Below, piece after piece: positions 25,085-33,621 of a stretch of DNA of 43,947 nt. Each line of letters starts with the position of its first letter. Position 1 is the first letter of the stretch. Source of the DNA: Escherichia phage vB_EcoS_fFiEco03. The translations under genes and the position numbers were made by a program. Below the pieces are notes generated by a model, which was not told the DNA's origin, did no database searches, and saw only the letters and a list, made by a program, of their open reading frames with translations. Location of the stretch: the sequence record NC_073315.1. One strand, 5' to 3'.

Positions 25085-26505
25085 TTCTTACCTCGTCTCT
25101 TCATGTAATTAAGCAACTCTTCCTGGACCGATTTCTTCTCGTCTGTACGCGCGGCAACAACCTCATCCAGCGTGTCTTTAGCGACGATGTGGTACAGGAA
25201 CACCGGGCGCTCGTGGCCCGCCTGTTTCTGGCGGACTGGGCCTATGCGCTCAACAACCTGCAAATAGTGCTCAAGGTTCCAGCCTTGCGAGATGAACGCC
25301 AGATGATGACCCCCGTCCTGTAAATTCAAACCATGCCCGGCTGACGCAGGATGCACGCATAAAATCTCGATTTCCCCACGGTTCCACGCTTCCATCTGCT
25401 TGTTCCCCTTAGCGCCTTTGGCGAACGCCTGTGCCTGTGGGAATCGCTTAAGGATACGCTCCAGTTCGTGTTTAAACTGATAGGCTACCAGTAACGGTGC
25501 ACCCTGTAGCTCCTCAACAATGGACTCAAGCGCATCAAGTTTCGTGTCGTGCACTTTCTCCCAGTCTTTGGTTGCTTCTCCGTCCGGTCCCGATACATAC
25601 ACGGCACCAGATGCAATCTGCAAACACTTCGACGTCTTCGCCGCGGCGTTAGCAGCTTCAACTTCTCCGCTCTCCAGTTCCGCGAATAACTTCTCCTCCA
25701 TATCGATGTACGCCTGACGTGCTTTCTTCGGCAGGTCAATTTCAACCGGAACAATAATCGGCGCTTCACACCCGAACCACTCAGCGGCGTCAATCGTGAG
25801 ACTAATGTCCTTCATCTTCTGGTGAATCTCATTATCCGCCCCCGGGCGCGCATGATACTCTCGCGCCATCGCCGACTTACCTTTCTGGACAGAGTTAAAC
25901 CATCGGTCGGTGAATGCCGTGTATGAAGAACCGAGGCGCTCACCCGCGTCGATAAACCAGTTCTGGCCCCACAAGTCTTTTAGGCCGTTTGGTGACGGTG
26001 TGCCTGTAAGGTTAATGAAACGCTTAACCTTTCCGAACGCCACTTTGCTAAGCGCCTTTGCCCGCTTGCTACCACCTGAACGGCTGCGGAATGATTTTAG
26101 TTTCGTGCTTTCATCGGCGACAATAACCGTAAAAGGCCAGTCGTCTTTGCCGTAGTAGTCAATCAGCCACTCGATAACTTCGTAGTTGGTGCATACCACG
26201 TTAGCGTCCGACTCCAGCGCCGCGATGCGGCGCCTCTCGCTACCGGTCGCATCGACGACACTCAGACAAGGGAAACCCCACTTAGTTTGTTCTGCGGGCC
26301 ACGTACCGGATGCAACACGTAACGGGGCGAGGATTAACACGCGGTCCTCTTCCGTAAGCTGCCCGTTGCGGAACAGGCGGTTTAGAACCCACATTGTCGA
26401 CGAGGTCTTGCCGCCGCCCATACCGCACCAGATATTGCAACGTGGGTGCTGTAGCATAAACGACGTCATTATTTTCTGATATTCCCTGCGCCTAAACTTA
26501 CTCAT
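25081..26505 (-). CDS. Superfamily 2 (SNF2/DEAD-like) helicase
   Basis: Walker A GMGGGKTS, DExx-like VADESTK, and a helicase C-terminal-like region; 474 aa. Confidence 0.75.
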   Translation of the reverse strand: MSKFRRREYQKIMTSFMLQHPRCNIWCGMGGGKTSSTMWVLNRLFRNGQLTEEDRVLILAPLRVASGTWPAEQTKWGFPCLSVVDATGSERRRIAALESDANVVCTNYEVIEWLIDYYGKDDWPFTVIVADESTKLKSFRSRSGGSKRAKALSKVAFGKVKRFINLTGTPSPNGLKDLWGQNWFIDAGERLGSSYTAFTDRWFNSVQKGKSAMAREYHARPGADNEIHQKMKDISLTIDAAEWFGCEAPIIVPVEIDLPKKARQAYIDMEEKLFAELESGEVEAANAAAKTSKCLQIASGAVYVSGPDGEATKDWEKVHDTKLDALESIVEELQGAPLLVAYQFKHELERILKRFPQAQAFAKGAKGNKQMEAWNRGEIEILCVHPASAGHGLNLQDGGHHLAFISQGWNLEHYLQVVERIGPVRQKQAGHERPVFLYHIVAKDTLDEVVAARTDEKKSVQEELLNYMKRRGKK

Positions 26506-26999
26506 GCCTTGAACTCCCCGAAGTATATTTCCGCGGCTCTTTGGTATACGCGCGACGCTTCTTCTATAGTATCAAAATAGCCAAGGTGGATGTATTTGTT
26601 ATTGACGCCTATTCTGGCGCGCCACCTGCCAGAGGGTATTTGGTAAACCCCTATCGCGCCGCTAGTGTTATGTGATGAGCAGTCTCGGTTCTGAATCTGC
26701 TGGCTCCTGGTTGCTGGCCTTATATTATTTATGGCGTTATTAGCCCTGTTACGGTCTTTATGGTCAAGCTCACCATTATGATATTCTCCGTAGACGAAAG
26801 CCCATGCCAGATGGTGGGCTTTTATTCTTACACCGGAGACTGTAATAACTATGTATCCTTTGTCGTTTGGCCCTCCGGCTACCTCCCCCGCATTTCTCCC
26901 TTTTATGCTTACTTTTCGTGTAAATATACCGGTTTCGGGGTCATAGTTAAGAAGACGTTTCGCCTCCTCAATATCAGGCCTTCTTGTTAATTTGTTCAT
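26502..26999 (-). CDS. HNH homing endonuclease with C-terminal AP2 domain
   Basis: HNH_3-like GYIVITVSGVRIKAHHLAWAFVYGEYHNGELDHKDRNRANNAINNIR followed by AP2-like GAIGVYQIPSGRWRARIGVNNKYIHLGYFDTIEEASRVY; AT-richer than flanks. Confidence 0.8.
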   Translation of the reverse strand: MNKLTRRPDIEEAKRLLNYDPETGIFTRKVSIKGRNAGEVAGGPNDKGYIVITVSGVRIKAHHLAWAFVYGEYHNGELDHKDRNRANNAINNIRPATRSQQIQNRDCSSHNTSGAIGVYQIPSGRWRARIGVNNKYIHLGYFDTIEEASRVYQRAAEIYFGEFKA

Positions 27000-27187
27000 T
27001 TCAGCACCAGAACTAACTCTTTACGCCCGAACGCCGTAACGTTACCGGTTACGTCTTCGATAACCAGTTTACCGTTCGACTCGACGAACACCGTATCAAC
27101 GGCAACAGGGCGACGGGTCTTAACGTTGAAAATCATGTCGCCCGGTACGATGTCACGTGCTGGTTTGCGGTCATATTCGTGTTTCAT
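26996..27187 (-). CDS. Hypothetical protein, 63 aa
   Basis: AAGGA RBS; first gene downstream of the 27221 promoter. Confidence 0.5.
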   Translation of the reverse strand: MKHEYDRKPARDIVPGDMIFNVKTRRPVAVDTVFVESNGKLVIEDVTGNVTAFGRKELVLVLK

Positions 27188-27217
27188 TTCTCAATTCCTT
27201 ATATTGTTGGTGTAGGG

Positions 27218-27502
27218 CTAACTATAATAGTTCGCTATTAGGTCGTCAACCTGTTTGAACGACCCGACGACAAAAACATTCGCGCCGCGTTTGCGCATAC
27301 GCTCATGCTCACGTAACTGGTGTGGGTCTGGCTTCGTGTTTTCGTCTTTCTTAACCTCGACGAACCAGACGATACCGTTGGGGAGAATTACCAGCAGGTC
27401 GGGGGCGCCGGAACGCCCCTCGTAGGAAAGTTTACGAACGAGGCCGCCGATAGCCTCGAATCGCTCTTTTGCGTATTTCTGGATGCGCCCCTCTTTAGTC
27501 AT
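27218..27502 (-). CDS. VRR-NUC domain nuclease (putative)
   Basis: 94 aa from ATG 27502 (ATGA-coupled); pattern G.PDLLVILPNGIVWFVEVKK...Q consistent with a VRR-NUC PD-(D/E)xK core (recalled). Confidence 0.55.
   Translation of the reverse strand: MTKEGRIQKYAKERFEAIGGLVRKLSYEGRSGAPDLLVILPNGIVWFVEVKKDENTKPDPHQLREHERMRKRGANVFVVGSFKQVDDLIANYYS
27221..27249 (-). promoter_or_regulatory. Sigma70-like promoter, class II (TTGACG-N17-TATAGT), embedded in the 3' end of the VRR-NUC gene
   Basis: On the - strand: TTGACG, spacer ACCTAATAGCGAACTAT, TATAGT. Same design as the promoters at 30954 and 33569. Confidence 0.55.
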
Positions 27503-27651
27503 GAGCGCAGAACCCAAGTTATAAACGCCCCGCCTAAAATGGCAACACCAACAAACTTAAAGAACAGGCCATAACAGAACATCGCGGCTATTCCTGCGCC
27601 GAGTAGCAGTGCGAGCATGGTTACTATCGTCCAAAATACAAACATTGTCAT
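27499..27651 (-). CDS. Micro-ORF: 50-aa two-TM membrane peptide
   Basis: Hand-translated MTMFVFWTIVTMLALLLGAGIAAMFCYGLFFKFVGVAILGGAFITWVLRS; ATGA overlaps at both ends. Confidence 0.4.
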   Translation of the reverse strand: MTMFVFWTIVTMLALLLGAGIAAMFCYGLFFKFVGVAILGGAFITWVLRS

Positions 27652-27737
27652 AATACGCACCCCTCACGTTTCGTATGCTCAATCCCGCAGCGCGGACAGA
27701 TTCGGCAGTCTTCTTCGTAGAACCAGTAAATTTTCAT
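27648..27737 (-). CDS. Micro-ORF: 29-aa Cys-rich (zinc-ribbon-like) peptide
   Basis: MKIYWFYEEDCRICPRCGIEHTKREGCVL; ATGA overlaps at both ends. Confidence 0.3.
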   Translation of the reverse strand: MKIYWFYEEDCRICPRCGIEHTKREGCVL

Positions 27738-27865
27738 TCCAGCACCCACAGATAAATTGCGATGAACATACCCAGTACGGCGGTCATCATGTCGTATTGA
27801 CCCTCGTGGTAGTAGACACCGGCTGCGAATCCCGCCAGTACTGCAATAATCAGTTTACTTGGCAT
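27734..27865 (-). CDS. Micro-ORF: 43-aa membrane peptide
   Basis: MPSKLIIAVLAGFAAGVYYHEGQYDMMTAVLGMFIAIYLWVLE; strong CAGGAG RBS; start overlaps the 3' end of the DNA polymerase gene. Confidence 0.4.
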   Translation of the reverse strand: MPSKLIIAVLAGFAAGVYYHEGQYDMMTAVLGMFIAIYLWVLE

Positions 27866-30056
27866 AACGTTTTAACTCCTGACCTTCCGCTACAAGAGGG
27901 AACCCCTCCGCCCACTCTGGCAACGCACACATTAATTTTTCCAGTTCAGCCACCGTGTAATCCGGCGTATCTGGAGTTTCACATACCAGTTCATCGTGTA
28001 CCGAAAGCACGATGGGATACCCGCCACCCTCAACATTAATCATCGCATATGCGAGTAAATCACGGCACAGCGCCTGAACAATGTTTTCGCAGGCTTTGCC
28101 GCCGTGTGTGTACAGGGTAGTCCATTGGCGGGTTAACTGGTTTTCACCTTGGTACTTGATTCGCACATTCGTGTTTACCCGTCCGTCTTCGTCTGTTTCT
28201 TTTGTCACGCTAACGCCGATTCCTGGATACGAGAGGATACGGCCCGACGGCAACTCCATACACAACCACCAACCGGGAACCTTCCTACCGGATGAATCGG
28301 TTTCTACTGTTCTCCAGATTCGGATAGCGCGCTCGCCATTCTTGCGCAGATGCGCCCCCGCCCAAAATTCACGACCCGGATTTCTTACAGCGGCTAAAAT
28401 ACCGTCTTTGAGGTCGCGCCAGAACGCTACTGTTTCCGGGTGTGACTCGCGCCACATACGCTTGATTGCGTCGCAGGTGCGCCACACTTTCTTGTCCAGA
28501 ATATACGATGGTCGGTCATCCTTCTCACCTGGATGCGGGGGGCGCTTGGCTTCCTGGATGCGCGCCCATTCATATCCTCTCGCGGTGGCCGACCAGATGT
28601 GGTCCGGGAATGTACCGTCCATTGTTTTAGCCATCTCAATAAGGTCGAGGCCTAAGTTTTTGGCGAACGTAACGAATGCTCCGACGCCTCCCTCGTAGCC
28701 GAGGCCCAGTTCGCATGCTTTGCCTATCTGTCTGATTTCCTTAAAGTTTTTCTTAATATCGTCGGGGTCCATGCCAAACATCTTACCTGCAGTTACGCAA
28801 TAAATATCCAACCCGGCGCGGAAAGTATCAAGCGCGGTTTCTTCGCCTGCCAACCACGCAAGCCCACGACCCTCAACGTTAGAGTAATCGGCAACAACAA
28901 ACTTATGCCCCACTTCCGGTATGATGCAGCTACGTACCGTCGATGCCGTTAGCTTGGCTACATCAAAACGGCGGTGTGCCCGGCCTTTAAGTAACGCTGA
29001 AATGCCTTTATCCAGTTCATCATCGTGATAGTACCCGCGCGCCAGGTTCTGTGGTTGGAAGCCTTTACCCGCCCACCGCAAAGTGCGTTTTGCCCCACCG
29101 TACTGTAAACAACCCCGGCGGCGGTCGTCCGATGAGCGGCCCAACAGCAGTGGGTTATATTTCGTTGACGCGGTGGACGCGGCCCCGAGGCGCATTTCGA
29201 TAATTGTGCGTGCGTCGTCCGGTAAATCATCGTCCGCCAGCAGGTCGTTAAGCGTCGACTTCTGTGCGTTGTGTATGCGGTGTGCAGGGGCGAGTTCACG
29301 AAGAATCGGCAGAAAGTCCTTACCAGTAAGCGAGCCGCCGTATTTGCGTTGGGCTTCCTCCTGTAACTGCGCTTTGTGTTTCTCCACGGCTTCAATAGCG
29401 GCTTCCGCCAGTGCAACGTCAACCTTAAACCCGCGGTCGTTGATTAACTGGTCCAGTTCCAGTACACGGTCCTCGAACTCGGAGTTACCCCAACGCGGCA
29501 GCTTATGGAAGACTTCACGCATCGCAGTGATGTCGCTCACGGCGTACTTGATGAACAGCGCCCACTCATCAGGGTGTGTTTCGGCGGTGTAGCGTCTGAT
29601 TTTGTAGTTCTTCGGCGTCGGCTTAGAGAAACGCTGAATCAGCGCCTTGCCGCGTTTATCTTTTGCATTGTCAGCAGACACGCCAAGCACTTCACACAGC
29701 GCATCAAGTGAACCCGGCAGCGCGTGACGAAACGCCCAAATCATCGTATCAATGGTGTTGCTTACCGGAATATCAAAGTCCCAACAGTGCTTCATGATGA
29801 GCCTGTCGAACATTGATCCGTTGTGCCATACCATCTTAATGCGACTGTTTGGCTTAACCAGGCGGCGTAACGCACGATGCAAATCACCCGGCATGTCGCT
29901 GCCGTCGGTGCAATCCCATACCCGCACAGGCTCGTCGTCAAAAGCATATGTGCAGATAAGCACTTCGGTAGTCGGGTGTTCGGCGTAAGCGTAGGAGCCG
30001 ACTTTCTTTAAATCTGCTTCGGAGAATGTTTCAAAGTCCAGGTATAAGTAGCTCAT
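27855..30056 (-). CDS. DNA polymerase, family A (with 3'-5' exonuclease domain)
   Basis: Exo motifs YLYLDFETFS and HNGSMFD, polymerase motif SVHDELV; start placed at ATG 30056 (AAGGA RBS, ATGA-coupled to the upstream micro-ORF) rather than the ORF-track 30110. Confidence 0.85.
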   Translation of the reverse strand: MSYLYLDFETFSEADLKKVGSYAYAEHPTTEVLICTYAFDDEPVRVWDCTDGSDMPGDLHRALRRLVKPNSRIKMVWHNGSMFDRLIMKHCWDFDIPVSNTIDTMIWAFRHALPGSLDALCEVLGVSADNAKDKRGKALIQRFSKPTPKNYKIRRYTAETHPDEWALFIKYAVSDITAMREVFHKLPRWGNSEFEDRVLELDQLINDRGFKVDVALAEAAIEAVEKHKAQLQEEAQRKYGGSLTGKDFLPILRELAPAHRIHNAQKSTLNDLLADDDLPDDARTIIEMRLGAASTASTKYNPLLLGRSSDDRRRGCLQYGGAKRTLRWAGKGFQPQNLARGYYHDDELDKGISALLKGRAHRRFDVAKLTASTVRSCIIPEVGHKFVVADYSNVEGRGLAWLAGEETALDTFRAGLDIYCVTAGKMFGMDPDDIKKNFKEIRQIGKACELGLGYEGGVGAFVTFAKNLGLDLIEMAKTMDGTFPDHIWSATARGYEWARIQEAKRPPHPGEKDDRPSYILDKKVWRTCDAIKRMWRESHPETVAFWRDLKDGILAAVRNPGREFWAGAHLRKNGERAIRIWRTVETDSSGRKVPGWWLCMELPSGRILSYPGIGVSVTKETDEDGRVNTNVRIKYQGENQLTRQWTTLYTHGGKACENIVQALCRDLLAYAMINVEGGGYPIVLSVHDELVCETPDTPDYTVAELEKLMCALPEWAEGFPLVAEGQELKRYAK

Positions 30057-30208
30057 TTCTTTTTCCTTAAATCCAGTGCCTTCGTTTCGCTGAGTCTTAT
30101 TTTCATACAATCACGGCAAATCCACACATGCCTGTACCCGGCGCGGTACTCATCCGCGTACCACGGAAGCGGTTTCATATATCGGTATACGTGCTTACAG
30201 AAAAACAT
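30053..30208 (-). CDS. Micro-ORF: 51-aa Cys/His-containing (zinc-ribbon-like) protein coupled to the polymerase start
   Basis: MFFCKHVYRYMKPLPWYADEYRAGYRHVWICRDCMKIRLSETKALDLRKKK; its stop overlaps the polymerase ATG. Confidence 0.4.
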   Translation of the reverse strand: MFFCKHVYRYMKPLPWYADEYRAGYRHVWICRDCMKIRLSETKALDLRKKK

Positions 30209-30221
30209 TATTTTCGACCCT

Positions 30222-30247
30222 TAGTAAAAAGGCCCAATGAAGGGCCT
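30222..30247 (-). terminator. Intrinsic terminator after the SSB-like gene (- strand)
   Basis: AGGCCC-TTCATT-GGGCCT followed by TTTTT when read on the - strand. Confidence 0.55.
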
Positions 30248-30267
30248 CAGTTAAATTGATTCAGATA

Positions 30268-30900
30268 TTAACGGCGACGACGTTCGCGGCGAGGTGCTTC
30301 ATCTTTTTCATCGTCATCGTCTTCCAGGTCATTGACGCTTGCGGCGACTTTAGAACCACCAAACGCTTTACCTTCGCCAACATATTTAATTGCCAGCAGG
30401 TTAACGCCTAGAACTTTATATTTCTGGCTGAACCAGATTTCAACGCTTACATTAGCTACGCAGCCACTGTAAACCTGTTCACCTTCAATCTGTTCGCCGT
30501 CTACGTTGAAGTCCTGCTCCACCTGAGTCTCACCTTTTTTAGAGGTTACAATCAGCGGCTGCTTCTGCGCCTTCGCTTTGAAGTAGAAGCCTTCTGGGAA
30601 GTCTTCAAACGGGTTATCACGCTCAGCAATGTCTTTAATCGCGCATTTATCCATGTGCTTACCTTCGCCGTAGTTGGACTTCATCCACTTCTCGGCAGCG
30701 GCTGCGCCTAACGCTTCTTCAACTACAGCGTAGACAGTGTCGTAGAGCGCGTCGATTTGCGCGTGGTCAGACGGCAGGATTATAGTCGCGCTGTACTGGC
30801 CTTTAGTGATGGAGCCATCATCGTTTTCACGGTCTTTTTCGCGTTCGAATACGTTAACCCATGCAGTGTTTACTTTACGCAGATTCAGTTTAATACCCAT
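30268..30900 (-). CDS. Putative ssDNA-binding protein (DUF2815-like)
   Basis: 210 aa, acidic Asp/Glu-rich C-terminal tail; position between the Cas4-like nuclease and the polymerase, as in modules where DUF2815 pairs with DUF2800 (recalled). Confidence 0.5.
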   Translation of the reverse strand: MGIKLNLRKVNTAWVNVFEREKDRENDDGSITKGQYSATIILPSDHAQIDALYDTVYAVVEEALGAAAAEKWMKSNYGEGKHMDKCAIKDIAERDNPFEDFPEGFYFKAKAQKQPLIVTSKKGETQVEQDFNVDGEQIEGEQVYSGCVANVSVEIWFSQKYKVLGVNLLAIKYVGEGKAFGGSKVAASVNDLEDDDDEKDEAPRRERRRR

Positions 30901-30953
30901 CGTGATTTCTCGCTTTTCAGTTTACTCCGGGAACTGCCCGGCCAGTGATTAGA

Positions 30954-30982
30954 ACTATAATAGCTAACTATTCAGGTGTCAA
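30954..30982 (-). promoter_or_regulatory. Sigma70-like promoter, class II (TTGACA-N17-TATAGT)
   Basis: On the - strand: TTGACA, spacer CCTGAATAGTTAGCTAT, TATAGT; upstream of the SSB-like gene. Confidence 0.6.
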
Positions 30983-30986
30983 CACT

Positions 30987-32261
30987 TTATTCTAAATCTT
31001 CTTCACTAACACGACTCCACTCAGGCCGTTTGTCGCCCGCCGTTGTGATGCATGGGGCACCTGGTTTACGTGTGATGAAGTCTTTCAGTTCTTCTTCCGG
31101 CACAACTTTAACCGCTTCGGTCGGCGTCATGAGCACTTCTTTAGTCAGCTTGTCGCCGTAGAGTTCTGTTACTTTCTCCGCGTCTTTCCACGCACGATTG
31201 CCCATCTTACCTTCAACCAGCTTGTACCCAGGAACTTTCTTACCGGAATGCAACGCGGCAGCCATAGCTTTCTCAACCTTGTCGATGTGCTGGCGCAACA
31301 ACGGCAACTTCTCGTACTCAGCTACGAGTTCCTCCGGCGTAAGTTCCAGCGCAAAGTCGTCCTCCAGTTCTTCCGCCAGTACATCGTTAACGGTTTTTGT
31401 ACGCGCGGCGCATTGTTCAGAGAACCGACACCACTGACAACCATCGACCGACGGCTTAAAGTCAGACGCTTTCAGGTTCTTCTTGCCGCGGGAATAGGCA
31501 TCGAGCGCTAACAGTGCTCGTTTTTGTGCAAACTTAGCGAACAGTTCAAGGCCTTCAACCGAGATGTCCCACTCCGACGCACCGCCCGCGTACGGCTGGA
31601 AGATAACCAGACGGACCACGGTGATGTTATAACGTCTCTTGAGTCTGCGATAAACACCGAGAGCGTAAAGCATAAGCTGCTTGTTTTCTTTCGCTTCGAC
31701 ACGATGCCGACCCGTTTTAAGGTCGCCAATAATGAGCATGTACTCGTCGGTGTTAGCCAGTTCCTGAACGGCAACAAGGTCAGCCGTTCCGAACGTCTCT
31801 AAATCATCTTCCTCGCCTTCTTCACCTTCAACGGGTACTTTGTACCCGGGGTGTAGAATCTGCGTAAGATTGATACGCATTTCCAGCTTGGCGTAAGTCG
31901 CTACATCAATAATCGCTTTGCAGTAGTCGGTATACTTTTGCACCTGCTCAATCATGTCCGCCGTAATCAGTACCGCGCCTTTCATCGGGCTGATTAGCGC
32001 CTTAATCTGGCCTTTACCCTCATCCAGCACGTAAGCACCGACTTCACGCTCTAGCGGCAACGCAGTTCCGCGGATATAGGCGTTGAGATGGACCTCAGCT
32101 ATTGTGTGCATAGCTGTGCCTAATACAGCAGCTTTACCGGACGTGTTAGGGATATCTTTTTCACAGGCAAGTGATGCGGCGCAACTTAGCCACTTTTTAG
32201 CGCCTGACGGCGACAGTAATGCGTGAACATCGTTATTGCCGCCGCGTTCCTTTAAAATCAT
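30987..32261 (-). CDS. PD-(D/E)xK exonuclease, Cas4/RecB-like (DUF2800-like) with Cys cluster
   Basis: Start at ATG 32261 (ATGA-coupled); C-terminal CQWCRFSEQC plus N-terminal Cys; IIGDLKTGR and QLMLYALG motifs. Confidence 0.65.
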   Translation of the reverse strand: MILKERGGNNDVHALLSPSGAKKWLSCAASLACEKDIPNTSGKAAVLGTAMHTIAEVHLNAYIRGTALPLEREVGAYVLDEGKGQIKALISPMKGAVLITADMIEQVQKYTDYCKAIIDVATYAKLEMRINLTQILHPGYKVPVEGEEGEEDDLETFGTADLVAVQELANTDEYMLIIGDLKTGRHRVEAKENKQLMLYALGVYRRLKRRYNITVVRLVIFQPYAGGASEWDISVEGLELFAKFAQKRALLALDAYSRGKKNLKASDFKPSVDGCQWCRFSEQCAARTKTVNDVLAEELEDDFALELTPEELVAEYEKLPLLRQHIDKVEKAMAAALHSGKKVPGYKLVEGKMGNRAWKDAEKVTELYGDKLTKEVLMTPTEAVKVVPEEELKDFITRKPGAPCITTAGDKRPEWSRVSEEDLE

Positions 32262-32530
32262 ACTCTGTTCTCCCACTGGTCAATTAAATGTCGTGTCTTA
32301 TGGTCGCAGTGCATAGCCCACCCATACATCGACTCGAAGACATAAAAGTCAGGTTTGGCGAAAGTCGTGCGCTTAATCTGCGACACGTGGCGGCCTATAT
32401 CTTTAGGCCGGGGTGCTTTGCCTAAGTACGCCATCTCTTCCATCTGGTGCGCACCGGACGGCGCACGCAACAGCCATAGCGACTCTGTGTTGTCTCGCCT
32501 GTCTACGGCGCGGTAGAGTTGGTAAATCAT
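32258..32530 (-). CDS. Hypothetical protein, 90 aa
   Basis: Tightly coupled ORF in the replication operon. Confidence 0.5.
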   Translation of the reverse strand: MIYQLYRAVDRRDNTESLWLLRAPSGAHQMEEMAYLGKAPRPKDIGRHVSQIKRTTFAKPDFYVFESMYGWAMHCDHKTRHLIDQWENRV

Positions 32531-32829
32531 TTATCCACCTCATGCATTCTCAAGAAGACAATCATAGCGGCGCGTAGAGGGTTTTCGTGCGTACTTTTGG
32601 TGAACGAGGCGGAGTGATACGCTCTATATGTGAACGTATGCCGGTTAACCGTAACGCATTCAATTGATATGTGATTATCAATTATTATAGGCCATGCGTC
32701 CTCCACCCGATTACAATAATCGACTCCTCCGGAAGCTAATTCCATCTGATGCCCCCGCGAAACATTTCCGTATAGCGCGCGGCTGACACGTGCATTGATT
32801 TCTATGTCTGTTAAATTTCCGTAGTTCAT
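32527..32829 (-). CDS. Hypothetical protein, 100 aa
   Basis: ORF with ATGA coupling to the downstream gene. Confidence 0.5.
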   Translation of the reverse strand: MNYGNLTDIEINARVSRALYGNVSRGHQMELASGGVDYCNRVEDAWPIIIDNHISIECVTVNRHTFTYRAYHSASFTKSTHENPLRAAMIVFLRMHEVDK

Positions 32830-32872
32830 AATTCCGACCCTCAGTTAAAGCGGCCCGAAGGCCGCGGGATAG

Positions 32873-33361
32873 TTATTCTTCTTCGAAATACTTGTTCTTG
32901 ATTGCCGTCAGGCGTTCCAGATACTCCGCCAGGTCTTCGTCTTTAATCGCGGCAATCTTCATCTTCTTACCGGTGAACTCTTCCAGCAGTTCATCGGAAT
33001 CATCGCACGCGGCTTCGCTCGGGCCTTCATTAATTGCATCGTCGATGGCCTGAATCTGGTCACGCAGAGACTTGTAATCGACTTCTTCTTTCTCTTCTTC
33101 CGGTTCTGGCGTAGGCTCCTCTACTTTAGGTTTACGCGGCTTGCGCTTCGGCTTCTCTTCTTCTGCTGGTTTAGTGTCAACGGTGTCTTCACCTTCTACC
33201 GGGATTTCTTTCGTTACTTCTTTCGCAACAACATCACGAACACTATCTGCGATGTTTGCATCTGCCTTAAGTTCATACACAGGTTGTTTCACGCTGTTCG
33301 CTGCAATCAGTTCATGCGCAACTACGAAACGTTCCAGTAATTTTAAGAATTGGTCTAACAT
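32873..33361 (-). CDS. Hypothetical acidic protein, 162 aa
   Basis: AGGAG RBS; Glu/Lys/Pro-rich low-complexity central region. Confidence 0.5.
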   Translation of the reverse strand: MLDQFLKLLERFVVAHELIAANSVKQPVYELKADANIADSVRDVVAKEVTKEIPVEGEDTVDTKPAEEEKPKRKPRKPKVEEPTPEPEEEKEEVDYKSLRDQIQAIDDAINEGPSEAACDDSDELLEEFTGKKMKIAAIKDEDLAEYLERLTAIKNKYFEEE

Positions 33362-33376
33362 TATTTGTTCTCCTGT

Positions 33377-33538
33377 TTATTTTGACTCTTGAATCATTGC
33401 TTGCCAGATAAAACAAACGGCGTCTGACAGTTGCTCTTCATCGACTTCATCCTCGAGGCCTGGTATTACGTCGAGCAGTTGGTCTATACCCGCTTTTAGC
33501 ATCTCTTCTGTCGGTATTACGTCTACGCTGAACTTCAT
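33377..33538 (-). CDS. Micro-ORF: 53-aa acidic protein
   Basis: Hand-translated MKFSVDVIPTEEMLKAGIDQLLDVIPGLEDEVDEEQLSDAVCFIWQAMIQESK; GGAGAG RBS; first gene after the 33569 promoter. Confidence 0.4.
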   Translation of the reverse strand: MKFSVDVIPTEEMLKAGIDQLLDVIPGLEDEVDEEQLSDAVCFIWQAMIQESK

Positions 33539-33568
33539 TTTATCTCTCCTCTCGTTTGGTATGGGCTA

Positions 33569-33597
33569 ACTATAATAGCGAACTATTCACATGTCAA
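33569..33597 (-). promoter_or_regulatory. Sigma70-like promoter, class II (TTGACA-N17-TATAGT), divergent from the Cro-like gene
   Basis: On the - strand: TTGACA, spacer TGTGAATAGTTCGCTAT, TATAGT. Confidence 0.6.
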
Positions 33598-33621
33598 TGG
33601 GCTTTTCTAAAATAATTAATA

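Noticed and set aside
28081-28698. 205-aa + strand ORF
   Set aside because: Antisense to the DNA polymerase gene; no RBS; the polymerase frame carries clear catalytic motifs.
30057-30110. ORF-track N-terminal extension of the DNA polymerase (start 30110)
   Set aside because: No SD upstream of 30110; the region instead encodes the 3' end of a coupled micro-ORF in another frame, and ATG 30056 has an AAGGA RBS.
33571-33576. Perfect TATAAT hexamer on the + strand
   Set aside because: No plausible -35 at 16 to 18 nt spacing on the + strand; the hexamer is the reverse complement of the spacer/-10 junction of the - strand promoter at 33569..33597.
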